Shown: positions 38,054 to 50,574, counted from the stretch's first letter. The stretch: 64,000 bases of DNA from Pavona decussata (GCA_977016875.1 CDRNST010000035.1:2232001-2296000), one strand, 5' to 3'. The notes: generated from the sequence alone by a model not told the origin. Numbers and translations are program-made.

Positions 38054-38141
38054 TGAATATAAATATATTAAAGATAAATTTTGAACTCTGGATGAAAGAC
38101 ATAATATGACCTGCTCCCAGTTGGCTTGATAGCTCAGTTTG

Positions 38142-38178
<37 letters not shown>

Positions 38179-38265
38179 CAATCCCACTCAGCCTGAATGT
38201 TTTCAGGTTTTCTTTTCGCAACTGCTTAAGTTTCTTACTAACTGCAAGTATTTTTCTTCTATTTA
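38054..38265 (+). mobile_element. tRNA-derived SINE-like repeat, paralogue of 22926-23175
   Basis: Same TSD atattgaattca (38042-38053 and 38266-38277). tRNA-like core 38123-38193. Confidence 0.85.
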
Positions 38266-39949
38266 ATATTGAATTCAATCCGTTTTATTGTGTGACAGTG
38301 TGCGTTGAACATTTAGTGTTACGTACTGGGGGAACTCACTCTTCACCTACATTTCGAGTTCGACAACGCTCAACCGGGTTAAACATGGAGGACGAATCGA
38401 AATGTTGTGGGAATGGTGGGAATTTGATTGAATGTTGGAGCCAAACTCTTTTTTGTTTTGGGGCGAAACCTCCTGCCCTTTCAACTGGAACTAAAATAGA
38501 GCTGGGCTGATGGGATCTGAAAAAACTAGTTTTCGTGCTACTCAGTCAGCGCCAGCGCCCAAATTACGGCATTCAAGGAACCCATTACCCTGGCTCCTGG
38601 CATATGTTGATTATTCAGAAAGCAGCGAAATCAATTTTCAAAACAGTTTTCAAAATCAATACGTTTAATTAAATGTTCTGCTACTGAATATGCTTTAGTA
38701 TCACGATCATTGTCATTTCTATGTCCGTGGATAAGAATATTGTACGCGAAAGTGTTTGGTTGCACCTATGTCCTGATTGTTGTTTTTTTATTTTTTTGCG
38801 GAAATGTGACAGTTTTAGTTACATTTGAATAGAATTTAAAAAGTTTCAGCTAGCTAGCATAGATTTTGAGCATTCCGCTAATATTTGCATATTTAAAAAA
38901 ACTAGCATAATTTAGGGCCCAATTTTGGAAAAGCAGAAGCTCTGTCAGTGGCATTAATACGAGCACAATCTGTCCCCCAGCCCACATCCCCGGGTATCAT
39001 TTTCACATTGCCCCTCCCGGGGGTCGGACATAATTAAGTCCACGTACCAAGGAACATTGGACGGCCTTGTGATTTGCACGTCATGGCTTTCTAATTTCCT
39101 TTGAATGGTAAATTCGAGGTGGGGGAAGGGGAAGGGTGGGTGGGCCTATTTGATTTCTTATTCTACTTCAGCGTCAACGCTGAATCGGCTACGCGAATGA
39201 TGTCATTACGATGCTTCAAGCCAATAATTAACTTGTTGGGTTTTCCATATACTACAATCATGATAATATCTGTCTGTTTTCACCCGTGAAAAGTAAAAGT
39301 TCTTTCTTCAGGATATTTTCTGGTGTGATGCTAATGAATTTAAAGTAGTTATGTGTAACTGGGAGTTTCGGTGTGAAAGTAAGTGCTAGAATTAAAGCTG
39401 AAAGAAAAAATATTAACAATACCCTATGAAATGAGATTAAGTAGAGTAGAAGCCCACGAGAACTAAAGAGAACGGGTGTCCCCATATTCATATTCCGTAT
39501 TTTTTCTTTCAGTTACTATACACAAACTGATGCTGTATTATCAAAATCCCTAACAGGCTTCTCGTATTTGTGTATTGCCAGTCTTGTATTTCTATCCTGA
39601 ATTCCCTGATCATGTCTTTTGTGGTTTTTGGCGTTTCAGTTCCCATGACTTCTCTCTCTATCCAAAACCACACGGGACACAAATATCGTTTCTAATATTG
39701 CCTTCAAATACGATACTTTTTTCGCCATACAAACCCTTGTAATTTTATTATTACGCATTGGTCATCTTGATGCTCAAATGACCTAACGCTAGTGTTTACG
39801 TTATGGTAAAGAGCTAGAGCTTGCGTCACCTGTAGCATTATCAAAATCCCTAACAGGCTTCTGGTTAATGTATTGCCTGTACACCAGTACGTATTGTATT
39901 TTTATATTTACTTCTATGATCATGTCCGCTGATATGACAAAGTATAGAC

Positions 39950-41419
39950 CTATACTGAGAACAGAAATTCAGGAAATTGGCCTACAGTAGAAGACGTTCC
40001 GTTAGCTAGCCGTGAAGTGTAGTCTAAAAAGGTAAATGTCACACCATTGCACAGGAAAGTACTGGAGCCACTCACTCCATTCCCAGACATTGGACCACAT
40101 ATTAATGCTTCTATCTGGTACTTGATGTTCTTTTTTAAGTCAACTGGAGAATCAAACAAAACCTCAAATCCATGATATTTTTCGCGTTTATATTGCAGAA
40201 GCTTTGAAGAAAATGTTCCTGACTTTGAGACAAGCAGACACAAATTGTCGATGTCACTGGCATCTTTTATCTCTAAGGAAACGGTGTAGTTATTATTCTC
40301 ACTGCCAAATAAACAAAGTCCATGCAACGTCACATCTTTGTCTACAGTGACACCAAGAAAGTCTTTCCGCCCTCTACCATAACCCCAGCTAGCGACTATA
40401 ACCGATTCAAATCTGTCACATCGGTGAAAGACTACAGTCTTGGCTCTTGTTTCAGGCTCGATTAATACCAGCTGCTGTTCGGGAAATGAACCCACGTTCA
40501 CCTCCGAACAGAGTCTCTCAGGCTCGGGAAGGAAAGACGGACTCGAGGGAGCGGAGGAAATTGTTCTTGTTCCTGATCGTCTGGTTTCTGGAAATCCTAC
40601 TGGAGAAGTCAGTTTTGAACTGAAGAATTTAAAAAAGGTCACCTCTTCATTTCGAGTAAGAATGCCTGTATCGAGGACAGCAGAGGCAAATTCTTCCTGT
40701 TTCAACACTGGAAATCGGATTGCTTTTATGATATCTTCGCCAAGAATCCTTCTTTTCAGTGCACCATCTGCTGCTAAGCCTTGTTTTTCGCATTGTTTTG
40801 TTGCCCACAGATCAACAGCTTGAAATAAATCGATTTCTTCAATGCACAGAGTTTCTCTTGCGACTATTTCTTGAAGTAAGGATCTCTCAATTGTCACAAA
40901 TCCATCCGATTTCACTGCTACTTCTAATTGTTCATCGATTACTTTCCAGCATTGATCGAGCAAGGCTCTCTCCTCATACTTTTCGGCCATTGGCAAAAAA
41001 TTGAAAACATTTGACGGAGCTAGATTATTTTGCAAACATTCCGTGCATTTCACAGCGAGTGAAGGCACCATGTATTTCTTCGCCAAGTATAACACTCTCA
41101 TCGACACATCACTTCCGCTCAAATTCACTTCATCGCTGTACATGTAACGAAACAACTCCAACACACTCTCGTAATCACAGTCAGGCAGTTCAATGGAGTC
41201 TCTAGTCTCCGCTAGCTCACCGTAAAACATGTTTTCAAACACAGGACTGCCAATCGACAGCACAAATTTGTGAGCTGGAATCACTTGATTACTTTCACTT
41301 TCACCATCACTCCTACGAACCACAAACTTCACATCGCTGAAGAGATCGTTGTTTAGCAGGAACTTGGTTCTTTCCCTGATGGTGGGTTTTGTTGTTTGCC
41401 AATTTTCTGGAACAGACAT
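39950..41419 (-). CDS. BTB/POZ-BACK-PHR protein (BTBD1/2/3/6 family, BTBD6-like), single coding exon, 489 aa
   Basis: Uninterrupted ORF with BTB (FSDVKFVV..IPAHKFVLSIGSPVFENMFYG..LYLAKKYMV), BACK (EIDLFQAVDLWA..IRFP) and PHR (WGY..GLCLFG..VTFTF..NGTSSTVGQFPEFLF). Confidence 0.93.
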   Translation of the reverse strand: MSVPENWQTTKPTIRERTKFLLNNDLFSDVKFVVRRSDGESESNQVIPAHKFVLSIGSPVFENMFYGELAETRDSIELPDCDYESVLELFRYMYSDEVNLSGSDVSMRVLYLAKKYMVPSLAVKCTECLQNNLAPSNVFNFLPMAEKYEERALLDQCWKVIDEQLEVAVKSDGFVTIERSLLQEIVARETLCIEEIDLFQAVDLWATKQCEKQGLAADGALKRRILGEDIIKAIRFPVLKQEEFASAVLDTGILTRNEEVTFFKFFSSKLTSPVGFPETRRSGTRTISSAPSSPSFLPEPERLCSEVNVGSFPEQQLVLIEPETRAKTVVFHRCDRFESVIVASWGYGRGRKDFLGVTVDKDVTLHGLCLFGSENNNYTVSLEIKDASDIDNLCLLVSKSGTFSSKLLQYKREKYHGFEVLFDSPVDLKKNIKYQIEALICGPMSGNGVSGSSTFLCNGVTFTFLDYTSRLANGTSSTVGQFPEFLFSV

Positions 41420-41738
41420 GTTGCTTATTTGAACGCGTCCAGAAATTTACGATATTTCTTCGCCTCGGGCGCTGTAGACCGCCAGAAAGTTCTTGTTTAT
41501 GTAAGGAGTATACGAGAACAACGCGCGTCATTATGCAAATCACATGCTAAGTTTGCGTTCCAGACGGTTACGGATTATTTCTGTAGCAATATGGTTTTTG
41601 CATGTTTTTCTGATAAACAGCACGGCGGGAAATACCGCTAAATAAGCCACAATCAAGTGGTCTCCCTCAAAGTATTCTATCCACAAGCACAAATTCCTTG
41701 CTGACTCTGTGGCACTGTCAAATTAGCCTGATGGTGTT

Positions 41739-41769
<31 letters not shown>

Positions 41770-42869
41770 CTTTTTTTCAGTTATAACCGTGTTTCTCTCT
41801 TTTTTTTTTTTAAAGATTCGTTGATCGCATGACTTACCAAGGACCATCTCTAAAAACACGAGCAAGGGGACCCTCGTGTGGGTGTGGGGACTAATCTTGT
41901 ACCCAGATCTCAGTCGGTTCGGGAATTTCGAAATGTGAGCTGACCGTGGAAGATCTGGGTACGAGATTAGGTGGGGACATGAGCCGGACCGTGAACTATC
42001 AAGATATTTCACTAGTGTGTGGGTCTCAATGGGGGGAAAGCTTTGACGGTTATGAAGGGGAAATCTTCATCCGTGAGTTAAAAGTTAACTTTTGTGTGTG
42101 TGGTTTTTTTATAATAACAATTGTTTTCAGGAGACAACCTCGTTCCCAGGGCATTTCCATGTGAAAATTGGAAAGCCCCGGGAATGAGGTTGTTTGGTCA
42201 GAAACAAGTGATCAATGTAGTAAATCAGTGATATCTTGAAACCCGAAGTTCTTCCAGACGGGAAACTAGTTCAAGTTGTGATGTCAATTTAGAAAAGACC
42301 ATAATTGCCTTTTTGAAGCTTGACAGTAAACATTACCCTTTTTGACGGTTGATGGTTAAATTTTAGGTTGTTTGACGACTGACCGTAAACCCCACTGAGA
42401 TCTCTAGCATGAGAGCGACGATTCATGCATTCATCGATAAAGTTATCGAAATTCAGTAACGATAAGATCCGAGAACCATCGTGGCTTCTTGTTGTCAAGA
42501 ATAAGGGTAACACGAGAAGACACTTGTGGCTGAACTTCATAGTCTATTCAGAAATGAATTTATAAATTGGTTAGGCTTGTGACCAGATCGAGCAACAGCA
42601 CAATATAAATTCACCTCAACTGAATCGTGAGAATTATTTTTATTTACAGGGACTGGGGCTGAGAGTAATGCCATGGCAAAATCAAAATTGGTGTCATTTT
42701 GTGTCTCTGTTGGGCATTATTGGTACTAAATTTGAATGGGATCAATCCAATATTTCCAGAAATATCCAGACATATGGGCTCCTGCTTTGTGCTGAGACGA
42801 TTTGTGATATATCTTGGCATCCAACGGTCTTGTCAGACTATTGAGTTGCGCGCTGGAAGCATTTTCTGT

Positions 42870-44300
42870 TGTGGCTGGAAAGGCCAATTCTTCAATGACA
42901 GTCCTTTCCGCAGGTGGGGCAGATGAAGGTAGAGTCTTTATGCCCCTCTTGCTGTTTCTTCATTCTTCTCCTTCTCTTCTCGTCTGTGTTGGATGATTGT
43001 GAGTGTCTCCTCAAAAGTATCAAGGCCAGCTATCACTGCTCCCTTCAGGCTGATCTGTCTTTGGCAAGAGTTTCCCAAGAGTTTGTATCGCCGGATGTTC
43101 ATGGATTTCAGGTCGCATTTACAGATGTCTTTGAATCGCAGTTGCGGTCTGCCAGCGGGGCGCTTTCCTTCCGCCAGTTCACCACACAGAGTGTCCTTTG
43201 GGATTCTGCCCCCCTCCATTCTACAAACATACCCCAGCCATCGCATGCGTCGCTGTTTCAATAGAGAGTACATGCTTGGCAGATTTGCTCTCTCAAGAAC
43301 CTCTGTCAGTGTTGGGAACTATGTCTTACCAGGTGATGTTCAAAATGCGTCGGAGGTTGCGCAGGTGGAAGATGTTGAGTTTGTGCTCATGCAATGCATG
43401 TAGCACTCAAGACTCGCTTCCATACAGAAACGTGCTCAGCACGCACGCCTTGTATACTTGAATCTTGGTGTTTTCTGCCGTGAGTTTTCCATTCTTCCAA
43501 ACTCTCTTTGTCAGGCTGGACATGGTGGTTGATGCCTTGCCAATCCAAATCATGGACCACTTCAAGTTGATGATTGGAGATTGTTATCCCAGGTGGGTAA
43601 GGGACTCCTTCCCCCATCACTTGGGTCTTCTTGAGACTGATGGTCAGTCCGAAGTGCTTGCAGGCTGTACTAAAGCGTCTCATCAATTGCTGGAGTTCCT
43701 CACCTGAGTGAGCTACGACAGCTGCGTCATCTGCGAACAGAAAGTCTAGCAGAAGTTTGAGTTGCGTTTTGGTGATGGCTTTTAGCCTGGCGAAGTTGAA
43801 CAGTTTCCCGTCAGCCTGGTCCTCAGGTAGATGCCTTCGGTGGAAGTCCCGAATGGGAACTTGAGGAGGACAGCAAAGAATATCCCGAACAGGGTGGGGG
43901 CGAGTACACATCCCTGCTTGACTCCGCTGCGGATGTCGAAGGCTACCGAGGTTGAGCCATCGAAGATCGCAAAACCATTCATGTCGTCATGAAAAGATTT
44001 TTTATGATGCTGAGGAGTCTTGGTGGGCAACCAATCTTTGGGAGGAACTTGAAGAGTCCATCTCTGCTAACTAGATCAAAAGCCTTGGTTAGATCGATGA
44101 AGGCAATGTAGAGAGGCTTTCGTTGCTCTGTACTTCTCTTGGAGCTGTCTGATGGAGAAGACCATGTATAATGTTGATGTGTTGGTTCTGAATCCACATT
44201 AAGACTCGGGATAGACTCTTTCAGAGACAATCTGAGATAAAAGGACCTGAAATTATGACCATCAGGGTGAGTGTAGTCCTGAGAAGAAATGTTTGAGGCG
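42870..44300 (-). mobile_element. RTE (BovB-like) LINE remnant
   Basis: Motifs LYIAFIDLTKAFDLVSR, GVKQGCVLAPTLF, LFADDAA, FGLTISLKKT and LKQRRMRWLGYVCRM..R.AGRPQLRFKD. Many frameshifts. Confidence 0.9.
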
Positions 44301-44468
44301 GCATTAAACGCCATTCTTCTTCTCTTTGAAAGGCCTTTCAAATAGGCATAAATTATTTTTCACTTCATATCACTTCAATTGTTTTTAGTCTCAGTTTATG
44401 TTCTTTCGCCATTTATGTAATTCAAGTATGATGATGATGTGGTTGCCAAGGCAACATCCATAATTTCA

Positions 44469-45127
44469 AGGTCGGCATACACGAAGGGACTAGTCCCCGC
44501 TACTAGTCCCGGGGACCAAGTCCTTTCGTGTGAACTACCCATTTTCATCAAAAAATTTAGTCACAGGGACCAGAATTTGGTCCCTGCGACTTGTCCCACG
44601 GATTCAAACATGGTTTGAATTCGTGGGACAAGTCCTCGGGACTTATCCTCTCAAATTATGGTCGCCCCTGCGACCAAATGAAAATAAGATGGGGGCCGAT
44701 TGTGAGGTTGAAATTTTATTTGACATGGCCTGGAGAATAAATCTTGAATTTGTTTGTATTAAAGGCCTTGTTTGAATAGCTGCTATTTTTCGGTTCTAGA
44801 TCAGTAGTATACTGAACTCTAGAAAAAAACAAAAAACGTTTTCCAAATTGTAAATAACTGACTAATTTTATAGATCGACTGTGTGCTGTTTTATTGACGT
44901 GTACGTGTATTTCGATGTTTTGGGGTTAATTTTGTAACTTCGGATGCACCGTTTAGGACCGCTCCTTTTTCGTGTCTGCGCCCTAAATTTTGCTATTTCG
45001 ATGTGTAACAGGTCCCCGCGTGTAAACCCTTTAAGGGACTTGTTCCATCGTGTCATCGTGTAAACCCTATAGCGGACTAGTCCCTAAAATAAGTCCCTGC
45101 GACTAGTCCCCTCGTGTGTGCCGACCT
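44469..45127. mobile_element. Harbinger-type MITE upstream of stomatin copy 3
   Basis: TIR aggtcggcatacacga / tcgtgtgtgccgacct with subterminal gactagtccc repeats. TSD tca/tta. Absent in the copy 4 paralogous site (~61030). Confidence 0.8.
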
Positions 45128-45175
45128 TTAGGAATTAAGAAGGGTGACTGTCAAGGCGCAATTAACCTACAGAGC

Positions 45176-46859
45176 CAGGGCCGTACCTAGGATTTTTTGT
45201 CGGGGGCAAACTCCGCACACCTCTCACAGGGGTCTCCCGTATACAGACAGTTTCTAGTTGAATGTTTTATTTTTTTTTTACCCCCACACAGAAAGTTCCC
45301 TCTAAGATCTTTAAAGAAAACAAAACACACTGATGCTTTTTGTCTTAAATTGTCATGATTTACTATGGCATAAACACCTTGTTTAGCTGGAACCACACAT
45401 TGCCTTAAAGTTTCATTTAATGGTAAATTTAAAACAGTCGATGCACTGCTGAAAACAAAAGGAGGAAATCACTGAGCTCCCACAAGTCAAACGCACTATA
45501 ACAATTTGCAAAAAGATTTAAGTATAATTCAAGCCTTTTATTACTATAAAACGCTGCATAGCTCTATAACACGCTACAATGATTACTAGAGACCTAAAAA
45601 AACTAAACAGCCGTGTAAGAAAGGTCAAGAAACGCAACACCTTGTGACAAAAACTCATGAATAGCCGGGCCCGGCATTACAACAACTACAGAATGAAGCT
45701 CATTGCACGATACAAGCAATGATTAATCCCTGTCCTAATATTGCACAAAAACGAGCCAAACCAAACCTAGCTGACATGCCCTATGTGGCATCAAAAACAC
45801 CGTCGTTAAATTAACACACAGAATAAGAAGTCATATTCAAAATGAGGAGAATTCAAAATAGGAAAATCAAAACTCATCAGCTACAAATGACCTGTGGTGT
45901 CGGAACATACGATGCTTAAATTCAAGGCTCTATCAAATCCTCCAAACCTTGGGAATTAGCGCAGGCCTTTAAAAACCAATTTAAACATGTCTCCGAGATA
46001 TACATTCCTACAACACCAAGTCAGCAATCGCTAACAAATTTTATATCATGTCTCCACGTCTTGAACAACTAAAGAATTCATTTTCTCGATTTGGGGCACG
46101 GTTATGGAATTCTGACCTGATAATATTAGAAAGTCTGACAACAGAAAACTATTCAAAAACAAATAAATGAAATACTTATCAACATTTTAAAAAAGAAAAT
46201 TCTTACCTTACACCTGGCTTCAATTCTTGAAATAATCAAAAACTTGTAAATTTTGTAACAATCCCGTAATTTCTATCAATATAGCTTGCAAATCCGTTTT
46301 TGTCCTGTATATTCACTTAATTTTTTACTACTTATTTAAGTCTTATTTTAGTTGCTGCTGTTGCTTTGTAATGTCAGCTTGTAAACACAAAAATGTATTT
46401 GCACTTAGCTTAATATAGTCATACCTACCCGCCTCGACTAGCTTTAGCTATTTGCGGGTAGGTATATACCTAACTTGTAACTCTCTGGTTTCTACTGAAA
46501 GTGTTGTTGTTGTTAGAAACATACTCGTGTAAGCTAGATTTAAAAAGGCTAGGAGTGGCTTAGGCTTGTCAGTCTTAATTTACTCGCCAACTTCTAAACC
46601 ACAGGCAGCCCAAATTACAAAATCATTATTTTTATAGGAAAACTCGTACTGGCGTTTGCCTCGAAAGATTTTCCAAAATAATTATTTGGAATTCACATTG
46701 AAGGAAGATTTTTTTCAGTCAATTTGTCGATTTTCTTGTGATTTCGGACCATTATAGCTATAGAAATAGCTCAGCAAACTCAACACTATGTCAGAAAAAA
46801 CTGAGTTTTCCTAGCGGAGTCAGCTGCCCCCTCTGCACCCCCCGCTATGTACGGCCCTG
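45176..46859. mobile_element. hAT-like element (CAGGG ends, 5-bp TSD) carrying LINE 3'-end debris
   Basis: agagc|CAGGGCCGTAC...GTACGGCCCTG|agagc. Confidence 0.78.
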
Positions 46860-47067
46860 AGAGCAGAAAAACGCAAGTGCCCGCGTCCCGGTTATACAAA
46901 AGCGAGGAGACTGGAGAGAGAAGGCGTTCTTTCGCCCCCTCCTCGAGTCTTTTGTTTCCCGCGCCTTATTGTTCGATTCGCACCTATATCCCATAAGAAC
47001 GCCAGTATTAAACTAAAACAGGCTAGTAAATCCCAGACAAAAGAGAAGTCAAGAACCAAAGGAGCTA

Positions 47068-47080
47068 ATGGATTCAGAGG
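47068..47080 (+). CDS. STOM: Stomatin-like copy 3, exon 1 (MDSE-)
   Basis: ATGGATTCAGAGG|gtaag, phase 1. Conserved at 61212. Confidence 0.78.
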
Positions 47081-47567
47081 GTAAGAGAAACAACAGTTTT
47101 GATCGTACAACTAGTGTGGCCAAAGGTGATCTCAGATACAGAGATACAACATGTAGTGAGGAAGGAAGAAATCACGCAATGTTTTGTTTTTCCCTTTTGC
47201 TTTAAAAGTAATGCAATTCCCAAGAGAAGGTCTTGTGATAAAGGTTACTGGCTAAGTACTCCTTTAGCTTCAGTTAAGCTTACGTGTAGATAGAGGCAAT
47301 AACAAATCGATCGCTGATCCATAAAAACGTGGCCGGATCAGAGAAAACAATCTCATTACAATACAACCGGCCGAGCTAGAAAAGCACGTGTGCTTAATTA
47401 TATAAACTACCTTGCTGGCAAAACAATCGTTAATATTATCGAAAATTTGAATTGTTAAGGCCCATTTACTGTAAGTTGCGATTTTTGTGCAATTTTTGTC
47501 ACACCCCTCTTTGAAGCAGCTTTGGTCACAGGCAGCCCAAGCTCGTGTCACTGGAGAGCGTGTAACA

Positions 47568-48491
47568 ATTCTTGGTTTTCACATGACGTCATAAAAACCT
47601 GAAATTCATAACTAAACACAATTTTGCAAAATTTTGGGTTTTTATCTTCATCACATAAAATAAATATAAATTTCAATCGGCTTGCTTGTTTTCAGCAGGA
47701 TAGCATTCTTTGTTTTGAAAATAGAGCAGTTTGAATTTTAGATTTTTGGGTAGTGCGTGACAGAAGCGATTGCTGCTCTAAACATGTCACGTACATGAAA
47801 ACATCGATTTGCCTCGTGTTTTTCTTAGGTCTGATCAGCTAACATGTATTAGTATAAATCTACTAGTGTTCTATCACGAATGCCGTTCTCTGATTGGCTA
47901 CGCTACTCGCTATCTATTCTGTGATAGATAGTGAGTAGCGATTTTCAACAAAATGGCGCCTGCTTCTTCGCGTTTTCGAAGTGTCTGCGATGAGGAAATA
48001 GATAATTTACTTGTTTAGTTTTGACCGACTAGTAGATTTATACTAAAACAATTAGATTATTCGCTCTCGATTTCTATGCGTGATAGCTGATTCGGGCTGC
48101 GCCCTCATCAGCTATCACGCGATAGAAATCTCGAGCTCATAATCTAATTGTTAAATAGAAGCGACTATGCCAATGTGTGAAAGTTCAGCAGAGAGAAGAA
48201 AGGCTTTGAAATAGCCAAGGTAGCTCCAGATGTTTTTGCTGGTTTCCAGCCGCCATGTTGGTGGCTATGTTGGTGTCCACTAACATGGCGTCCCATACTA
48301 AACTCTGTAATTTTCCTTGGTACATTTTCTCGAATAATTCGATTATGAGATATCGCACAGCCCCGTGGTTTTCACACGTTGTTTATGTATCACTCTTCTA
48401 CAACATATCAATTTCTTGACTTTATCTATTGAATGGTTGAGGATTTCATTTTTTTACTTGCATGACGATGTGTGAGGTGAAAACCACCAAT
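47568..48491. mobile_element. MITE (attcttggttttca TIR family) with a nested hairpin-ended Crypton-like insert (~47850-48155)
   Basis: Homologous to 49173-49770. The nested piece has a long hairpin gatttctat.cgtgatagctgat / atcagctatcacg.atagaaatc. Confidence 0.65.
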
Positions 48492-48528
48492 TAATTACTA
48501 GTGTGACGAACACCTTTGAGTGCAAGCG

Positions 48529-49958
48529 GTATTGGGTCACAGGCAGCAGTTGAGAATTTAAATGTGTTATAAGACTTTGTATGGGGAATAAAATCAGTAC
48601 TGTCGATTCCGATGCTTAAATAATGCTAAATTTTAACTTTCATTCAATAAAATGAATAAAACTGACTCACCTCTGGTGTATTCTCATGCATTTGAGGGTT
48701 ATTTTACCAATTCGGGCAATCTTTGAAATCACTGTTTTTCCATTCATAAGGTGGAGTCTTATTATTTTAACTTTCATTCAATAAAATGAATAAAACTGAC
48801 TCACCTCTGGTGTATTCTTGTGCATTTGAGGGTTATTTTACCAATTCGGGCAATCTTTGAAATCACTGTTTTTCCATTCATAAGGTGGAGTCTTATTATT
48901 TTAACTTTCATTCAATAAAATGAATAAAACTGACTCACCTCTGGTGTATTCGTGCCTTTGGGGGTTATTTTATTGTTTCGGGCATTCTTTAAAAATTATC
49001 ACTGTTATTCCCTTCATAAGACGGAGTCTTAATTGTTGTTTTAACTTTTATTCAATAAAATGAATAAAACTGACTCACCTCTGATGTATTCTCATTCATT
49101 TGGGGGTTGATAAGTTTACCGTTTCGGGTATTCTTTGAAAGTTATCACTGGGAATAACAGTGATTTCAAAGAATTCTTGGTTTTCATGTGACGTCACCAA
49201 ATTCTAGAATTCAAAGCTGGGAGGCCTACAAAATTTTTACCTTCATTCAAGGAAAGATTACCTAAAAATATGTCTGTTCACAATTTCTTAGCTCGATGTC
49301 GTGCTTCCTTTTGAAAATAGACCAGTTTCAATTTCCGAGTTTCCATCGTGCGTGACATAAAGAGGACGGCCGTGACAGAGCTTTTCCGTATCTTAAAAAT
49401 GACTCTTCGGGTGATTTTCAGCATTCTAAACAATTTAAGTTTGAGGAGAAATATTAATCTAAACATTCAAAAATTCACAAGGGCAAACAAACTTCTTTTC
49501 TGGCAAAAGTGAACTCCAGATGTTTTTTCGTATTTCCGGCCGCCATGTTTGTGCCCCTCAGAGGGACACAAACATGGCGTCTCCATACTAAGCTCTATAA
49601 ATTTATGTTGAACATTTTGTCAAATAACTCGAGTACAGAATGCCGCACAGACCTGACACTTGGACAGATGCCTTATTTATGTATCCTCTATACCATGTCA
49701 ATTTCTTGACTTCATTCACGGAATGGTTTCGATTTTTTTTTTCAATGGCGTGACAGTGAAAACCGAGAATAAAGGGCCGAAACAGTAAAATAACCCCCAA
49801 ACGCACGAGAATACATCAGAGGTGAGTCAGTTTTATTCATTTTATTGAATGAAAGTTAAAATTTAGAATTATTAAAGGTTCGGAATCAGCAATATTTTAT
49901 TCCCCATAAAAGTCTTATAATGTATTTAAATTCTCAACGGCTACCTGTGACCCAATAC
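48529..49958. mobile_element. Foldback element with internal ~134-bp tandem repeats and a nested MITE (49173-49770)
   Basis: gtattgggtcacagg... / ...cctgtgacccaatac long TIRs. Units start at 48631, 48765, 48899 and 49039, with an inverted unit after 49152. Confidence 0.82.
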
Positions 49959-50153
49959 GGATAAAACACTGGAGTACAACTGGCCACATGCAAAAATAAT
50001 TTGCAGTTAATCTGAGCTAAAACAACCAAAAATGATCTGAAATGTCATTTGGGTCAGTTTAATGCTCTAGCCAGCCCTTCGTTTATAGCATTATATTATT
50101 ATAGTGTGATAATTTATGTGAAACTTTTTTCAATGTTCTTTTGATTTCCTTAG

Positions 50154-50257
50154 AGCATTCGGGTGGAAGTTTCAGCTGCTTTGACTATGTGTTGATTGTT
50201 TTGTCTTTACTCTTGGTCCTCCTTTTCATGCCATTTTCGCTGTGCTGTACCTTGAAG
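50154..50257 (+). CDS. STOM: Stomatin-like copy 3, exon 2
   Basis: ag|(E)HSGGSFSCFDYVLIVLSLLLVLLFMPFSLCCTLK|gt, 104 nt. Confidence 0.85.
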
Positions 50258-50445
50258 GTAAGTTTGTCAGGATGCTGACTCTATTAGAATCAGCCATTTC
50301 AATAATCCCAACTTGTTTGCATATATATGTGCCAACTAGAAGGGATTCTGATATAATGTGATAAATTATGTAATTTTAATCTAAAAACTTTCATTGGTCT
50401 TAGACAACTGGGACGACCGCTCATTTTGAGCACTGGTGGGTTCTT

Positions 50446-50447
<2 letters not shown>

Positions 50448-50501
<54 letters not shown>

Positions 50502-50502
50502 T
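50448..50502. repeat. (ATT)n microsatellite (second tract at ~52420-52480)
   Basis: Perfect trinucleotide run. Confidence 0.95.
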
Positions 50503-50574
50503 TGTGCAGTTAATAAACATATGTATGCTAAAATAGAACAGCATAGGGCGCGCAGCGTAACCTATGCGATCTTT

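Larger units (their letters stand above)
23856..38661 (+). repeat. Tandem segmental duplication, unit 2
   Basis: See unit 1. Shorter because it lacks the Crypton/L2 and Gypsy and has lost several stomatin exons. Confidence 0.9.

Noticed and set aside
40440-40823. Antisense ORFs over the BTB gene, and similar ones over the RTE and Gypsy
   Set aside because: Shadow ORFs of real coding strands with no recognisable motifs.
48631-49150. CRISPR-like array or retrozyme tandem
   Set aside because: Contiguous 134-bp units with no unique spacers, no cas genes and no hammerhead core on either strand.
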